A stretch of 63,007 nt of DNA, counting the filler, from Phoronis australis (taxonomy: Eukaryota; Animalia; Phoronida), in assembly GCA_002633005.1 (NCBI GenBank). It is 6 parts of 6 records of this genome, joined end to end, with 100 filler letters (N's around TTAATTAATTAA, not from the genome) between each part and the next. Parts side by side here need not be neighbours in the genome. Positions count along the whole stretch, not along the records: positions 7,875 to 17,663 come from NMRA01001789.1; positions 17,764 to 25,692 come from NMRA01000367.1; 4 more parts are not named here. One strand, given 5' to 3'. A program made the position numbers and the translations under genes. Below are positions 13,508 to 25,792 of the stretch, piece after piece. Position 1 is the stretch's first letter. Each line of letters opens with the position of its first letter. The notes below the pieces were generated by a model, which saw nothing but the letters and a program-made list of their open reading frames with translations, was not told the origin of the DNA and made no database searches.

Positions 13508-13657
13508 GCACTGGCGGATTTAGACGGGAATCAAGGAGGCCCCCCTAAAATTCTCCCAGATTTCATTTTGTAGTTCGGGGGTGCGAACGTCTGTCTGGCA
13601 AAATCCTGGCAAATACTCTACCCTGCCCCCCAACTCAAAATCTTGGATCCGTCCCAG
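13508..13657. mobile_element. Short hAT-like MITE (CAGGGGCGGAT family)
   Basis: cactggcggattta ... ggatccgtcccag. The internal ctaaaattctcccagat...gtagttcgggg matches 51616-51895. Confidence 0.55.
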
Positions 13658-13848
13658 ACATGTGCCTCAAGAGTATACATCTTGAAAAGAACGTGACAGG
13701 CCTGCGGGCTACTCCTTTCCCACGCGGTGCAGTAATGCTCCAATAACTCGATTTCAGAAAGAAAACATGTTAACGACAGCTCTGACGGATTTCACTGGTT
13801 GGCTGCTGGTCTGAACATAATGGCGCAAAGTTTTGCCGCGCTGTGATC

Positions 13849-13854
13849 TTTATT
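13849..13854 (-). terminator. Putative poly(A) signal of the LRR-Ig receptor gene
   Basis: AATAAA on the minus strand ~95 nt downstream of the TAG stop at 13950. Confidence 0.45.
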
Positions 13855-13949
13855 AGTACACTAAACACCATATTCATTTTACATTAATCACAAAGAACTT
13901 GCTAGAGTGAATGAAAAGCATGGATTCCTACATATCGGTGTCAAGTGTC

Positions 13950-16480
13950 CTAAAGTCGAGTGTCTCCAAGATCATTCTGATTTTGGGGAGCATCAGCACG
14001 GCTGGACTCGATGGACCGGCTCTTGTATCGACGTACGAAAATGACTGCCAAAACGACACCTGCAGCTACAACACACGCTACAGCACCACTCGCGACCCCC
14101 ACTGCTAGATATACGTCCAAACGCAAGCCTCCGTGACTTATTTCAACTTCATTTTCCTTTCCAGCTTCAATGATTTTAGCACTTGTTAACCGTGACATGA
14201 AATTCGAGGCTGTGCAACTGTAGTTACCATCGTCGAATTCGTCCAGAGGACTACTTGAAACTCCCACCGTTTTGGCGTCACTGATACTCGGTTGAGACGA
14301 ACAATTCATATCGTTTCCGCCAGGGTCTTTGATTACTAACCTTGGAGCTGGATCTCCGTATGACGTGCACTGGATTAGCACTTCCGTGTTGTTATGTCTA
14401 ACTTCCAGAACGGGTTGACTGGGCTTACGACATACAAAATTGCGGGATAAGAACGACTCAAGGATAGGGTAAGTTTTAAAGGGGGAATCGCATGTAGGGA
14501 TGTCATATAAGCGTCTGTCATTTCTGTAATAATAGTAGGCCCACATCTTTAAAGGAGACAATAAGCAGTTGCAGTGGAGTGGATTGCTGGACACAAAAAG
14601 TGTCCGAAGTTGCTTTTCTCGGCTAACTACCCTTCGTAGTATATCCAGTGGTAAAACGTATATACTGTTATTACGAACAGAGAGGTGTTGCAAACTGTTC
14701 AATTTTTCCATGACCCCTTCCTCAATATTTTTGATGCCGCAACTGTCCATTTCGAGCCATTTTATCGCCACAAGAGAATCAAACATATGCTGACTTACTG
14801 TTCGAATTCTGTTTCCAGAAAGACAAAGATTCAACAAAAAAGGCAAGTTGCCAAAGGCATAATCGTCTATGTGGTCAATTTGGCAATATGCCATATTCAA
14901 TACACGAATATTCGGCAATCCTGACAGGGTATTGTTTGTAACGGAACCAAGGTTATTAGCGCTTAAGTCCAAGTACCTTAACGCGATCATTTTGGCTGTC
15001 GTCCACTTTCCAAGGTTGTTATTCTCTATTCTAAGTACCTTGATGTTGCTGGGAAGAGCGTTCGGACTAATATGCACTATCCTGTTTCCTATCAGAAAGA
15101 GATCTTTAAGTAACGTCATTTTCCCAAAGACATTGTCTCTAAGTGACACAATGTTGTTATGCGACAAAGATAACTTTATTAGAGATTCCAGTCCTTCAAG
15201 CATATAGCCGTGTATGTCTTTTAATTTATTACTGGAGAGAATAAGGGTTCTAAGACCACGAAACGATTTGAAGGGTTTGTCACTCAGGTCAGATATGTTA
15301 CACAAAGACAATTCAAGTGTATCGATATCCCGAAAATTCCCAACGAACGTTTGTGAAACTTTAAATTGTTCGAAATCTCCTTTCAGTCTCAGTATTTTGA
15401 TATTCGTGAAATGTGACACGTTAATTGTTAAGTTCACATTAGTTACTTTCAAATGGACCTCCTCACAGTTAATGGGGGTAAAAATGTCCATCTCACCGAC
15501 TTCATTGCCGTCCACTGCTAAGAGTTTAAGTCTCTTTGGACCAACGAACTCTTTAGACCTTATCGTGGACAATTTATTTCCAATCAACGACAGATAATTG
15601 AGACTGCTCAAGTCTTCAAAAGTTCCACTTTCTAATGACAGTATCCCGTTGAAGCTTAGAAGCAGGGTATGCAGCTTTTTTAGACCCGCAAACATTCCGC
15701 GCTTTAAGATAGTAATTGCGTTATTTTTTAGAAATAGATATAGCAAGTCTTTCATATGAGAAAACGCCTTCTTTTCAATTGTNGGAGCACCAGACCATGA
15801 ACCTCACTTATGGAGTTGTTTCTCAATACTAACGTCTTCAAAATTTCCAGTCCGTCAAAGATATTCTCGTGCACTACCATTAAGTGATTCTCCTCGAGGT
15901 TAAGACGCGTCAACCTGTTCAACCTGCTAAACGTACCATTTGCTATCCAAGAAATTTCGTTATTTCCAATCTGCAAATCTTCAAGACTTAACAATCCATC
16001 GCCAAGAGAATTGCGGTCCAGCGAAGTAATGGCGTTGGACGTTAAATGTAGAACTCTTATCAAAGGCATTTCTGCAAATATGCCTTTTGACAGAAATGAT
16101 AAGCGATTATTTGTGAGATCCAGGATTTCTAAATTTCTCAAGCCAAACAAAGTTTTGTGTGTTAGTACACGTATTTTGTTATCGCTCAAATCCAGCGATT
16201 TCAATTCAATCAATGCAGAGAAAAGTCCGTCAGGGAAATCACTCAATAGGTTCTTTGCAAGACGGAGTTGCTTCACTTGTGACAAATGGGTGAAAGCGTC
16301 ACTCCGAATCTGGCGTATTCCACAGTTCCACAAGTCCACAGTTGCAGCGTTCGTTAAGTTCAACGTTTTCTCTCTGGTCAACACCTTTTCTCTCCGCTGC
16401 AAGCAGTTTATGGAGTAGACAGTCCACCAACTTGTACTGAGCGCAACCAACAGGAGCATACGTCCTCTCGTCACAGCCAT
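13950..16480 (-). CDS. Type I membrane LRR-Ig receptor (signal peptide, ~25 LRRs, LRRCT, one Ig-like domain, TM, 27-aa tail ending DTRL); one gene split by an assembly gap at 15783
   Basis: Signal-like MAVTRGRMLLLVALSTSWWTVYS; 24-aa LxxLxLxxNxI repeats in both ORFs; NPLHCNC...PTCDSP...FVC LRRCT; IQCTSYGDPAP...DDGNYSCTASN Ig; TM VYLAVGVASGAVACVVAAGVVLAVIFV then RR. After the N the downstream frame reads TIEKKAFSHMKDL, in LRR register, so the N hides missing bases rather than a true frameshift. Confidence 0.9.
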
Positions 16481-17058
16481 TGCAGGGAAAACGATCTGAG
16501 TACGTAAGAGTGTCATGTATAAATATCGACGTCATGTTCACTCATGAAACACACTGACTCCTCGCGGAAATTATCAAAACTGGAGAGACAATAAAGTTAA
16601 CCAGGGTTGCGTTCTGAGGAAAAAAACGAGATTACGCAAGTCTTCGCTAAATACCGGCATTCAAGCGAAGCACTTGAACACACTAAACAGCCCATTTTTA
16701 AATGACATATTGTTATCGGAATGACACAGGCAACAAATTTAATTTCTATTTTCAAAAGTAGTAATAAAGAGGGCCTCGTTATTTGAACGCAATTGGACGG
16801 GGATCCTATTTTATTTTAGGGAACCAATCTTCAGCTGCCTTCAGGTAGTGGCTAATATATTAGTATAGGGAACGTCACTAATCGACCGTCTTCAGGCGGG
16901 GCCACCGCTCTTCAGTCACCATCAGGTGGTGCCCCTCTTTTCAGCCCTACCGCAAGGCCTCAAGACACCTGTCAAGCAATTTTACATCTGTATTCCCCGC
17001 ATGCCATCTCGAATAGCACTTACGATAGAATCAAGTTGAATAATCTATACCTGGCGTG

Positions 17059-17199
17059 CGTTCAGTAGACGCTAGGACCTAGGCTAGGACCTAGCTAAAT
17101 TCTAGTCAAAGTCACGTGCTCTCATTTAAAGTACACGGCAATATCTCACGTAATCTCGTGAAATCTTGCTTTTTAGCGAGGTCCTAGCGTTACTGAACG
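17059..17199. mobile_element. Small MITE with ~21-bp TIRs
   Basis: CGTTCAGTAGACGCTAGGACCT ... AGGTCCTAGCGTTACTGAACG. Confidence 0.65.
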
Positions 17200-17663
17200 G
17201 GAGGCTGATGCCAGATAATCCTCATTGTCTCCAGCTCCATGTCGGATGGTTATCACTGGGCAGCGGTATGACGTACGTTACACTTATTTTTGTTCAGTGG
17301 CCTTCCAGACTGGGGTTTAACTTACAGATTGGTGAATTTAATGTTGATGCAACTTGGAAATTAGGTCAAAGAGCAAAAGAACCAATGAGATATATATAAC
17401 TAGAGTTGAAGTCACGTGATTTTCGTTGAGCGGAGTGGTCCGCCATCTTGCTGATGAACCATGTTAGTGGGTGTGTACTGTGTAGTACCAGGAAGAGATA
17501 ACCAGGAAGGGACAACTGTTTAAGCGCATTTTAACGTATTTTCAAAGGTGATTTCAAAAGTAAATGTTAAAGTAGTCTGGAATCCATGCATTGTGTTTGA
17601 AAGCTTAACTCTTTAGCTATAAAATGACACCACTTTTGTCCCCAAAGACTTCATATTAATGGC

Positions 17664-17763
17664 NNNNNNNNNNNNNNNNNNNNNNNNNNNNNNNNNNNNN
17701 NNNNNNNTTAATTAATTAANNNNNNNNNNNNNNNNNNNNNNNNNNNNNNNNNNNNNNNNNNNN
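17664..17763. other. Artificial scaffold join
   Basis: 44N-TTAATTAATTAA-44N. Confidence 0.95.
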
Positions 17764-19243
17764 CCTCCTCTGTCCACACCCCCTTCAAATTGCCCTCTTA
17801 AAAGCCATGTTCCTTCTTGCTCTCCACACCTTCCTGCGTATTGGCGAATTTACAGTTGCTTCCCTTTCCTCGAATACCTCTTTCACCCTACAATACTCAT
17901 CACTCAAATTTTTCTCCCCACCCCATCAGCTCCCCTACATAACCATTACCATCACCAATTTCAAACACCACCATTCCACCCCCCGTTACCCTTCACATAC
18001 CTTCGTCCCCCTCCTCTCATTGTCCCGTCGCTCACCTCCAGGCCTATCTGGCCTTATCCGCCCATTCCTCCAGACCCCTTTTCTGTCTTGCCGACTCCTC
18101 ACCAGTCACACATTCCTTCTTCACCCAAACTCTCAAGTCCGTCATTACGTCTGCCTCCCTCGACCCCACACGCTACAGATCTCGCAGTTTCCGCATCGGT
18201 GCTGCCACCTCCGCAGCTGCTCTCGGCATCCCGGAGCCTCTCATCCAACGCATAGGCCGCTGGAAGTCTGACGCCGTGAAAGGGTACATCCGCATGTCCG
18301 TTTTCCCCGCCCTTCCCCCGTAATTTCCATCCCCTTCACCGTCTCCTCCAATCCCCCTTTTCCTCCTACCCAACGCCTCCTCCCACAGGTGTCAGTATTG
18401 CCTGCACTTACCCTCCGGTGTCAGTATTGCCTGTGCCTTTTCACCCGGGTCTCGTCACTTCCCCACCCCACTCGTACCCCGGGTGTTGGTGTTCCCTCCA
18501 CCCCCTTACCCCATTCCCTCATATCTTGTTCATACGTTTATTACTTATGTTGTTTTACTAGTCAATCTCTGCTGCTTGTCAGCTATTTTGTTAGATCACT
18601 TGTATCATTTGTATAATCGGTTACTCTACCTCATCTAGTCACATGATTTGTTAGCTCACCTAGCCTTACTTTTGTTAGCCATTTTGTTAGGCCACTACAT
18701 ATATTTCGGATGCTTTTAGCTTTAACCTTTTCCTCTTCCTCTACCAGCTTCCTTGTTTGTTAGCCATTTTGTTTTCTGTTCGTTGTATTTTCTAGTTGCT
18801 CGCTTGCGTATTATTTTGTTGTATCCTATTTTACTCTCGTTGCAATCGTCTCGTTTTCTCAGTATCCCGTTATCCTGCCATGACACAGGGTGAGACGACA
18901 CCTGGCATCTGTTCCAGTCATGGGCAATACTACCGCCCCCTCCGGCTTGGCACCCTGAGTTAGGGTTGGGTATCCGGCTGACAGCACTTGTACGTATTCC
19001 TACACATCTTTCATTTTTATTCCTCTCCTTTAGGGCGTCCCTGCAGATGGGCATGAGCTGTCTTAAGACATCTCTTGTGGCGCTTTTCATTTGCCCATCT
19101 TACCAGAGATTAGTATTTTTTACCTTACTTATGTTTAGTCACTACCTGTTACTGGTAATTGTATTAGTCATATAACTGACCTTACTTGTATTAGTCATAA
19201 TAAATGACCTTATATCGCCTAACCCGGTCTTTGTATCATCTCT
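17764..19243 (+). mobile_element. 3' part of a DIRS/Ngaro tyrosine-recombinase retrotransposon (YR coding 17764-18323, then 3' non-coding region)
   Basis: AMFLLALHTFLRIGE, then a frameshift in a C-run near 17980, then CPVAHLQAYL, PLF, RSFRIGAATSAAALGIPEPLIQRIGRWKSDAVKGYIR and TAA at 18321-18323. AATAAA at ~19198. The right boundary is approximate. Confidence 0.88.
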
Positions 19244-19489
19244 GGTAACGAGCATGTGACGCACAAACTATTATATATCATTCGGGACATATGTCGATCA
19301 TAAAAATGTGGCAACTTCTTTACATAATTTTAAAGCTGCCTTTGTAGTATTTTGTTGTTTTAGGTTCTTAGGTGTGAGATACAATTTATCTTCTGCAAGT
19401 TTAGTTTAGAAAGTAAAAATATGACCTAAGGTTATTTTTATTGGCTGAAAAATTGTAATCTCACGGGTGTGACAGACATACAAATCTGC

Positions 19490-19625
19490 TGTAAATTTAT
19501 TGAGTTTTGTGTTTGATATGGACGGCTAAAGTGAAGCACCCGTGTAATTTCTAGTCCGGAGTGTCATACCTTGTAGTATTATAATAGTGTATTGAGGATG
19601 ATCAGAAGCTGAGAACGCCTGTGGT
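19490..19625 (+). repeat. Copy of the arm of the 37770-38460 foldback repeat
   Basis: atttattgagttttgtg...gaagcacccgtg...gagtgtcata...gatcagaagctgagaa matches 38330-38455. Confidence 0.7.
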
Positions 19626-20159
19626 CCTCCTCTCTGTAACTCCGGTAAGTGGGAAAGGTTAACTCCGGTAGTTCTGCAAGCGAATCTTTGATTAAAATAG
19701 CGACTGCCACTGGCAGCGGTTATTCCATGATTGCCTGGTTCTGAAAATCAGGGACCGCTAAATCCTATCAGTGCCAGAAAATGTGTATATAATAATATAT
19801 ATATTGCGCGACCAAGGTTAGCCAGCCAGCTAGCTGTATGAAGACTGTCGTCAAATTACAGCTAGGTACCGCTGTGTGTATTTCTTCCATAGACACAGAA
19901 ATTGCACACAGCCAGGGTATAGTTCTGCACGGCACCTCGCCATGAAACTTGTATCAACATGTAAAGCTGAAGACCGGATGGGGTGCATGCAAAATCTGGG
20001 AATCAATTGACACACCTTGCCCATTACAGCTGTTTAATTGCAATAAACGTCATTTTCTTGAGTAACTCTCTGCCTTTTCTAACAATTAATGAAAAGTATG
20101 TCGTCGTTTTGAAAACAGTACGCTCGTGTCACGCGAATGCGCCATTTCCAATGATTTTT

Positions 20160-20465
20160 GCAACATCTCTCGGAAGATGGTGATAGCTTGGCAGCAGCGC
20201 AATTTCTTCTGAAATTCAGTTTTTCGGTATCAAAATTCTAAAAACTTATAATGAAGTGAAACCAATTGCGATAATTTGTTGTGACGTGTACGTAACCTTG
20301 TAAAAGAACAACAGTTGATTGAAGAATCTGAGAAAAAAGAAACTGGCCAATAGGTGATGCAATATTTCATGGCGCCGAAAGATCGCTCCACAACGTTAGC
20401 AGAAGAATAACGGTAGAACACCATTTTTTCCAACACCGTTAAATAATTTAGTTTACTCAAGGAAG
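20160..20465 (-). repeat. Dispersed repeat, inverted copy of ~49548-49810
   Basis: Shared ccttgagtaaactaaattattta..ggtgttgga and downstream blocks. Both give MSKLNYL-starting spurious ORFs. Confidence 0.65.
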
Positions 20466-20624
20466 ACCGTAGTTTTTAATAACACTAATTTTGAGTCAGA
20501 TATCATCTTACCACCTTTTTACCCATATCGGTGCAAAGCTGTATAGGCCTATCTACAGCTTTGTACCAATCCAAGGCTAGACCAAGGACGGTTAGAGACG
20601 TACACGACCTAGTTATAATCCGGA

Positions 20625-21770
20625 TACCTATCGTCGTCAGGCTCCAAAGGTCGTCCGCCATCTTGTTTCGCGTGCAGCGCAACCACGCGGGACTTAGCAT
20701 TCCAATTTGGAGTTCTCGTCCGCACGTTAGGTACTAACCTCTCAGGAGAAACACGCGTGGAAGAACTGAGACTAAAATTAATGCATTTACCGACTGTTTT
20801 TTTGAGACCACTTAAAAACTTGTCGATTTTACTAATGCACTTTTTTGTTGCTCATTTTCAGAAGATATTTTCAAAAATAAATTTTCTTCAGACGGAACAA
20901 AAAGCAACTCAGGGATTGTCTATGCAATGTATCTATTTGTCCCAGGCACTAACAGACACCTGTTAGGCCAAAGGAAAAACGCAGCAGACAAATGGAACAC
21001 GCTGGGTGCTTATCAGTTTCGACCCACGCCTTGGTCATCAAAACATTGTCCACTTGTTTTTTTATTGCAAAACACAGTACTGAGCTCAACATTCATATTG
21101 ACATTTTTGATTAAAGCATTTTGAATTTATTTGAAGAAAATTAAAATACTTGAATTGATAGAGAATGGCCACCAATAAAGTAAAACATTGACTTTATTTC
21201 ACTTTATTGCATTGTTACATACAACACAGCATAACATAATCAAAAATAAAAGAAGAGATTGAGTAATAAAATTCAAATGCGACTTGGGTATTTATATATT
21301 TATTTCAAGATGATAAAAAAATCAAACAATACGATTAAGGGTAATTTACTGATTAGAACAATTGTATTGAGGTTCAATGATCAACTTGCGCCGACAACTA
21401 GAAAGTCTTAAAGGGTTATAGTTCTGTTCTGTTCGATATCATACTAGTAAAGCAGTTTGTGGTTGAAGTAGAATTGCTGTATACCACTTTCCACTATTTT
21501 CTTGGCCTTTTCTGTGTGGTTTGCTGTTCTTTCAAAAGGCGGCAGCATATGACGACCATAGGGGTCACTATAAAATGGCTGCCGAAAAGCAGTGCACAGT
21601 TGAACAACTCGGCATAAGTAAAAGAAAGCGTTTGAATCAACGAATACTATATATTTGTGAGAGTTAAATCAAATCCTATTCAGATCATAACTTTGAAGTG
21701 GAATGATTGGGCGAGTACGACAACAAGCCGGTTTTACGCTTAGGCGGACGACCATTGGGTTCCCGAGTAT
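20625..21770 (+). mobile_element. ~1.15-kb non-autonomous element with subterminal inverted GGTCGTCCGCC motifs; second copy at 41820-42790
   Basis: Near-identical copies on both sides of the 42043-42618 gap. GGTCGTCCGCC near the left end and GGCGGACGACC near the right end. Confidence 0.75.
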
Positions 21771-22304
21771 ACTACTACACATAGTGTACCTAATTATCGG
21801 ACGGAACCTAAATATCGGACATTTCATAGAATCTTACTTGAAGCATAATCTGAGAATTAAATGACACCAATTTCTGTTCCGTTGTAATGCATTCAATGTC
21901 CAGCACCGTCTCGTTTTTTTACAGCGTTGCCTCGTTTTGATTTCACCGAGAGAGGGTGCAATTTAGACCCCCAAGTCGGCCTAAAATGGACGATCGCATA
22001 TATCGGTTATAAAAGTTGAAAATAAAATCTTTTTCCAAAATGAAACCATCTCATTGAACTGACAATATGTCACTGTTCCATTTTTTCGTTTGTTTTTAAA
22101 CTCAAGTCAAACCCCGACCGCGCACGTGCGGGTGTCATATCAAGAAGCCTAGCCCTAAGTGATACTGTAGTGAGCCAGTGCATATGTTACGTGAGGTTTG
22201 ATTGGATAGTCAGGTTCGCGGGCTTATCTGTTATCTTGGCTGGGATTGGAGAATAGATGGAACCTGCTGGGTAACATGATGTAACGATGACGTCACGACC
22301 TCAT

Positions 22305-23360
22305 ACACTTGCTAAATTTAGTAAAGATCCTGCAAACGGTTTGGGAGATACAGCCATGGGTGCAAAAAAACAAAACTGCCTCTAGGAGGCGCCACAGAAG
22401 TCCAAATCGTCTGAAAATCATTGTCAGCTGTCTTCCTTATAGTAAGCACATACACACCAATTTTCACAATCATCCTTTGAGCGGTTTGGTTGATAGAGGA
22501 GTGGACGCAAAAATACAGACTCGAAAACAATAAAAATGGCCACTAGGTGGCGCAAACTATGTCGAATCCATCTGATAACGGGAGGATAGCGTCATCTCAC
22601 AAATAGGTGCCTACATACCAAATTTCATGAAAATACGTTCAGGACTTTTGAAGATACAAAGGTAAGAGTAAAAAACTAAAATTGCCACTAGGGGGCACAC
22701 CGGTAGTGGGATCCGTCCAAAAGTCGTCATCTTCCGTTGTTAACATCATATAAATATACTTACACAATTTCGTAAATATCCTGCGAACGGTTTAGGAGAT
22801 ACAGTCATAGGCGCAAAAAAACACTGCCACTAGGAGGCGCCACAGTAGTCGAAATCGTCGGAAAATCATCGCCAACCGTCCTCTACATAGTAAGCATANA
22901 AAATCATCGTCAACCGTCCTCTACATAGTAAGCATATAAATACCAATTTTCACAATTATCCTTTGAGCGGTTTGGTTGATAGAGGGGTGGACGCACATAA
23001 ACAGACTCGCAAACACTAAAAATGGCCACTAGGTGGCGCAAACTATGTCAAATCCATCTGAAAACGGGAGGATAGCGTCATCTCACTAATAGGTGCCTAC
23101 ATACCAAATTTCATGAAAATCTGTTAAGGACTTGTGAAGATACAAAGGTAAGCGTAAAAAAATTAAAATTGCCACTAGGGGGCACACCGGTACTCGGATC
23201 TGTCCGAAAGTTCGCACATGCCGTCCCATTCATGAATGGAACATATGTGCCAAATTTCAAGAACGTATGTCAAAGGGTTTTGAAGATAAAGCAGCGGACG
23301 CCGCCCGGACAGAGATGACGGCATAATGCATCCACATATAAATATGTGGGCGCATAAAAA
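22305..23360 (+). mobile_element. Helentron-associated (HINE/DINE-like) element with trimeric tandem array, GACG-type repeat and 3' hairpin, inside a NUP210 intron
   Basis: A-B-C-A-B-C monomers. The end reads gcggacgccgcccggacag...ATGCATCCACATAT-AA-ATATGTGGGCGCAT-AAAAA (12/14-bp stem followed by an A-run). Confidence 0.75.
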
Positions 23361-23385
23361 CCGTTAGTTGGCCTGCAAGACATAC

Positions 23386-23536
23386 CAGAAATGCCTCCTC
23401 TAAAAGCTTGGCTGTTACCCTGGCAACACCAGTTCTAATGCCTTCCACCAGACGCACATCGCCTTGCAAGCCCTTGGACTCCAAAACCCCGATATGAGGT
23501 GGAGTCTCGTATGCCGACTGAGTAAACGTTTGAAAG
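23386..23536 (-). CDS. NUP210: Nucleoporin gp210 internal exon (151 nt)
   Basis: tttcag acceptor and gtatg donor. Encodes FQTFTQSAYETPPHIGVLESKGLQGDVRLVEGIRTGVARVTAKLLEEAFL, resembling the vertebrate NUP210 segment I recall as [42 protein letters not shown]. Phase-compatible with the upstream exon. Confidence 0.88.
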
Positions 23537-23835
23537 CTGAAATGAAAACACTTGAAATTCATAGCTGGGCAGTTATTTGGAGCTGGAGAATGCTAGTGTT
23601 GCTGAGCCGGTGACTAAAATTAGATTACTTCTTAAAAACTAGCAGGGACTGCAAAATGATGTTCTTTGAAATGTGATAATGTTTTAACAAAAAAAATTAA
23701 CAATATGAGTGTCCATTTCTACCCCAGACAAATGTCGGCACGTCTTGTATGGTAAAAAAAGTTCGAGATGCATCTATTTTCTGAAAGATTGACAAAAACG
23801 CTACACTAGACAGGAGCTGAGAGTTGTACACAAAC

Positions 23836-23938
23836 CTGAGGACACTGTGTGCGTCTATGATGCTTTCCTCAGGAACGTCTCTGTCTGTGACAAGATTCCA
23901 CTCAAACTTGAGCCCCTCCAGTGAACTGAATGTGTTTC
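23836..23938 (-). CDS. NUP210: Nucleoporin gp210 internal exon (103 nt)
   Basis: atcag acceptor and gtttg donor. Encodes (G)NTFSSLEGLKFEWNLVTDRDVPEESIIDAHSVL, compare NUP210 GNTFSTLAGLVFEWTIVKD. The phase-2 end joins 23536 in frame. Confidence 0.88.
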
Positions 23939-25692
23939 CTGATTGTAAAATGGACGAAAGTTACTTGCGGGGTAACAAATTTTGAGAACCAGTTTAATGC
24001 CTGGCATTCAGTTGACGAAACTGGTTCTCAAAATGCAGGACTCCTGTATGTGACTATTAACATAAAATGTAAAAAAGTTGTTCTAAACAACACCGAAAAC
24101 TTCTTGCAAAGAAACTATGAAATTCCTCATCACATCAATGTTAAAGTATTCACAGGTTTTCTTTTTCATAAGTTAGCTACAGAACTGATCCATTGGATCT
24201 TGCTAAGCTTTACCTTACAATATGTGGAGTCAATGAACTTTGAAATCGTATTTATTGGTAGGCAAGAATTATGAGACTGAAAGGCAACCTAATAGTCAAA
24301 ATTTTTCCATTTAATTTATTTAACATATTTGACCATAAGATGAGTCGAGATTTGTACAACTTTTACTAGTTATTTCAGAATACCGAGATGATCCCGAGAA
24401 ACATAGTTATGAAAATCTCAAGATGGCAGCCAATGGATAAATTAAGGTTAGCTACTGAAAGATTTTACTCTGAAGCTGAATGGTGAACTATGAAACAGTT
24501 CTTGGAATGACCAATGACGAATTATGCGGAAATTTTTGAGGCCCAAAACATGCACGCTTCCCAGCCTTGAAATAGTCGATGTGGACCTTTTGCCGACAAA
24601 AATCGGGAGGACTAAAAAAAAAAAACANTACCACCAGCAGTAGCATGCGTCTGCGTCTTTTAGCTTGTCCGTCCACTCCCAACCCACACATTTTTGGCTG
24701 CAGAGCGTAGTATTTGTTGCCGCGCTTAACAATAACACGAGACGCATTTGGAAATCCCACCACGCTGTCCCAGATGCCCCGGCAATGTTGACAATTTACG
24801 TTCCTCCGAAACATAAAGAGCAACTTCCGCTTTTCGAGGTGAACGTCGTCTGCAACGCTGCGGTAAGAAAGGAATTTGCCGCAGAAATTTTATATCAAAT
24901 CCGATTTTTTAAAAAAGCGAAAAGCACATTTGAAAAAAGCGAAAATCCGTGTTTCCGCGGAAAATTCCAAGCCCTGGTAATAACCGCACAGGGCGCTTAG
25001 AAAAGTTTGTGGGGGGCGCTTATTATAACCCAGGCCGTTGAAACCGGGTCTCCGAAACGGGTGGAATTGGAAGCTAAGATTCATCATATTTACGCTCTGT
25101 GATGCAGGCCTATCTGTAATCTATGAAAGACATTCTACAAACCGTGGTGCATTGCTATCAAACTTTGCTGCTAAATTACGATCATTTTACAGAAAATTGT
25201 GCTGAAATCCCAGGGCGAAAACTCGCCGAATGATTGCCTCGCAATCGTTGATATGGCGACTTGAATGCTTGAAAAAAATACAGTTTCGACTCAAGCAAAT
25301 TACCTGAAATCCTCCTTAAGTTTTCCAAGTAGTGTCCCTAAGATTTTTAAATTCCCGTGGAGTTGGGATGACGGCAGGTTTAAGTACAAATCTGTGCTAC
25401 GTTGTGCCATCTACATGTATGAACAGCATCATGAGAAAAATCTCTGGACGAACACACATGTTGTTGTGAAGTGACATTTGTTTTGAAGTTCGTTTGCATT
25501 TGTGGAGTAAGCGAGTGCGTGCGTGTCACCAGAGTTCATTTGCCAAAGCAGAGACGGTCTTTTGGCCAGAGCCACGCAATCTAACGAGCTAGATGTGCAT
25601 TGTATCTAAAGAAATTTGCACAAGCAGTAGGCCTAAACCGAAGCGTGTTTCATTCAGCACTTGCTGGTCTTGTGCTAAAAACGTTCGACATT

Positions 25693-25792
25693 NNNNNNNN
25701 NNNNNNNNNNNNNNNNNNNNNNNNNNNNNNNNNNNNTTAATTAATTAANNNNNNNNNNNNNNNNNNNNNNNNNNNNNNNNNNNNNNNNNNNN
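25693..25792. other. Artificial scaffold join
   Basis: 44N-TTAATTAATTAA-44N. Confidence 0.95.

Noticed and set aside
15752-15790. Programmed frameshift, or two overlapping LRR genes
   Set aside because: The frame change falls exactly at a single N. Single Ns elsewhere (22899, 59891) mark assembly junctions.
14569-16418. Plus-strand ORFs of 74-135 aa opposite the LRR gene
   Set aside because: Antisense shadows of the real CDS with no domain features.
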